Below, piece after piece: positions 25,316-26,237 of a stretch of 26,237 nucleotides of DNA. Positions within the stretch are counted from its first letter, which is position 1; each line of letters opens with the position of its first letter. The notes below the pieces were generated by a model that was given only the letters and a program-made list of their open reading frames with translations, was not told where the DNA came from and ran no database searches. Source of the DNA: a virus (lineage: Duplodnaviria > Caudoviricetes); IMG/VR virus record IMGVR_UViG_3300011443_000047, positions 1 through 26,237 of that record; one strand, given 5' to 3'. Both the position numbers and the translations under genes were made by a program.

Positions 25316-26086
25316 TCACGCAGTTCGAACTTCTTTAGCAAACGCTTTCTCAAGATCAACCTCCTCTCGTCTCGTTGACCAAATCTGCGGCAGCATACGG
25401 TACTGTCCATGACAGTCCAACCCGCAACCTGTCACGAACCCTTGATGCTTCAGCGGATGTATAGCAGCCCACACCGTGTCAGCGCCAGTATCAATCTCAC
25501 CCACGTCAGGCGTATTCCGCGATAATAGGGCCATGAAGTGCACTGCTCTCGGACCGAACCCTGCCAACCCTTCCGTCACGACATCAAACGTCCGACCGCT
25601 GTCGATCATATCATCCAGCACAATCACGTGGCGATCCTGTACGTCTACAACCGACAGGTCACCCCAGTCCACTTTCGGTTTCAGCGGCGTCACGTTGTTG
25701 CCGTACGAACTGACCCGTATGAACTTCACACGCTGTGCACCTAACATTTCTTGTCCACGAGTACTGGTCATCCAGGTCATCACAGCGTATATGACACGGG
25801 ACGCAAACCAGTACCCACCCTCTAGTATCACTACCCATGTCACGTGTCGCGAACTGCATCGCTGCTCTACGAGATCGATAGCGTAGCGAATAGCTTCTGA
25901 CACCGCAGCTGCAACCTCTCGCTCCGTATACAAACACGTGTCCGGTACCATCGGACGCGGGTACTTCTCGAACAGGCGATGTGCCAGGTATTTCACCAGG
26001 TCATGTTCATTTGCCCGGTCACCATTGTACTCTTCTAGCCACCGTGCCACCGGATTGTCTTGCGTCGTTGTATTTTCAGCTGCCAT
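25316..26086 (-). CDS. hpt: Hypoxanthine(-guanine) phosphoribosyltransferase-like protein
   Basis: VILEGGYWF, FIRVSSYG, PRPP loop VLDDMIDSGRT, ALLSR and FVTGCGLDCHGQYRMLP align with HPRT motifs (LKGG, VSSYG, VEDIIDTGLT, LLDK, FVVGYGLD..YRNLP). GGAGG SD before ATG 26086. Confidence 0.82.
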   Translation of the reverse strand: MAAENTTTQDNPVARWLEEYNGDRANEHDLVKYLAHRLFEKYPRPMVPDTCLYTEREVAAAVSEAIRYAIDLVEQRCSSRHVTWVVILEGGYWFASRVIYAVMTWMTSTRGQEMLGAQRVKFIRVSSYGNNVTPLKPKVDWGDLSVVDVQDRHVIVLDDMIDSGRTFDVVTEGLAGFGPRAVHFMALLSRNTPDVGEIDTGADTVWAAIHPLKHQGFVTGCGLDCHGQYRMLPQIWSTRREEVDLEKAFAKEVRTA

Positions 26087-26200
26087 ATTTTCCTCCATTT
26101 AGTGCTCTGTGGTTTTTTCCCACCGCGCTTTACCCCCCTTATAGAGCGTCAACCATTTCGTTGAACTTCCCCTTATACCCCTTCCCCAACTCGGGTAAAG

Positions 26201-26237
26201 TTAGGTTAGCTGAGCGCTTAGCTTAGCGCTTAGCGCA
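26201..26237. repeat. Short tandem GCTNAGC / TTAGC repeat array at the window end
   Basis: GCTGAGC 26209-26215; GCTTAGC 26216-26222, 26221-26227 and 26228-26234; preceded by TTAGG TTAGC. Confidence 0.7.

Noticed and set aside
14-26226. Numerous plus-strand ORFs up to ~300 aa (e.g. 5172-6041, 8217-9107, 1429-2136)
   Set aside because: They are antisense shadows of well-supported, tightly tiled minus-strand genes and have no recognisable motifs.
26236-26237. Terminal CA as a Mu-type TG...CA end
   Set aside because: A dinucleotide match is expected by chance; no transposase or recognisable transposase-binding sites are visible.
1-26237. CRISPR array, tRNA, integrase, tail sheath, diversity-generating retroelement or stop-codon recoding
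   Set aside because: None seen by eye; TAA, TAG and TGA all end genes at sensible boundaries.

Overview
This is a gene-dense fragment of a tailed dsDNA phage or prophage, with every credible gene on the minus strand. In transcription order (right to left) it starts with a repeat-rich non-coding right end, an HPRT-like purine phosphoribosyltransferase and a run of small accessory genes (Lar-like Zn ribbon, micro membrane peptides, SEC-C protein), plus a possible small terminase subunit. Next come an envelope-targeted cassette (membrane coiled coil, secreted beta-helix, two lipoproteins; no recognisable endolysin), tail-appendage-like genes (fibre-like, LamG-like with repeats, BppU-like) and a DUF6527-like gene. 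The structural module follows: large terminase, portal, MuF, Mu I/Z-type protease-scaffold, head decoration protein, gpE-like major capsid protein, Mu gp36/gpG-like neck proteins, an internally duplicated tail tube, a tail chaperone with a -1 frameshift, tape measure and distal tail genes running off the left edge. No sheath gene is present, which suggests a siphovirus with a Mu-like head module. The most striking feature is a portal protein with a C-terminal R-S-(Q-x-E) ADP-ribosyltransferase domain, joined through a low-complexity linker, an 'ELSLS' motif shared with the scaffold and a WVTING module. It may be a capsid-packaged, protease-released, injected effector. All family calls come from reading motifs by eye; no database search was run.
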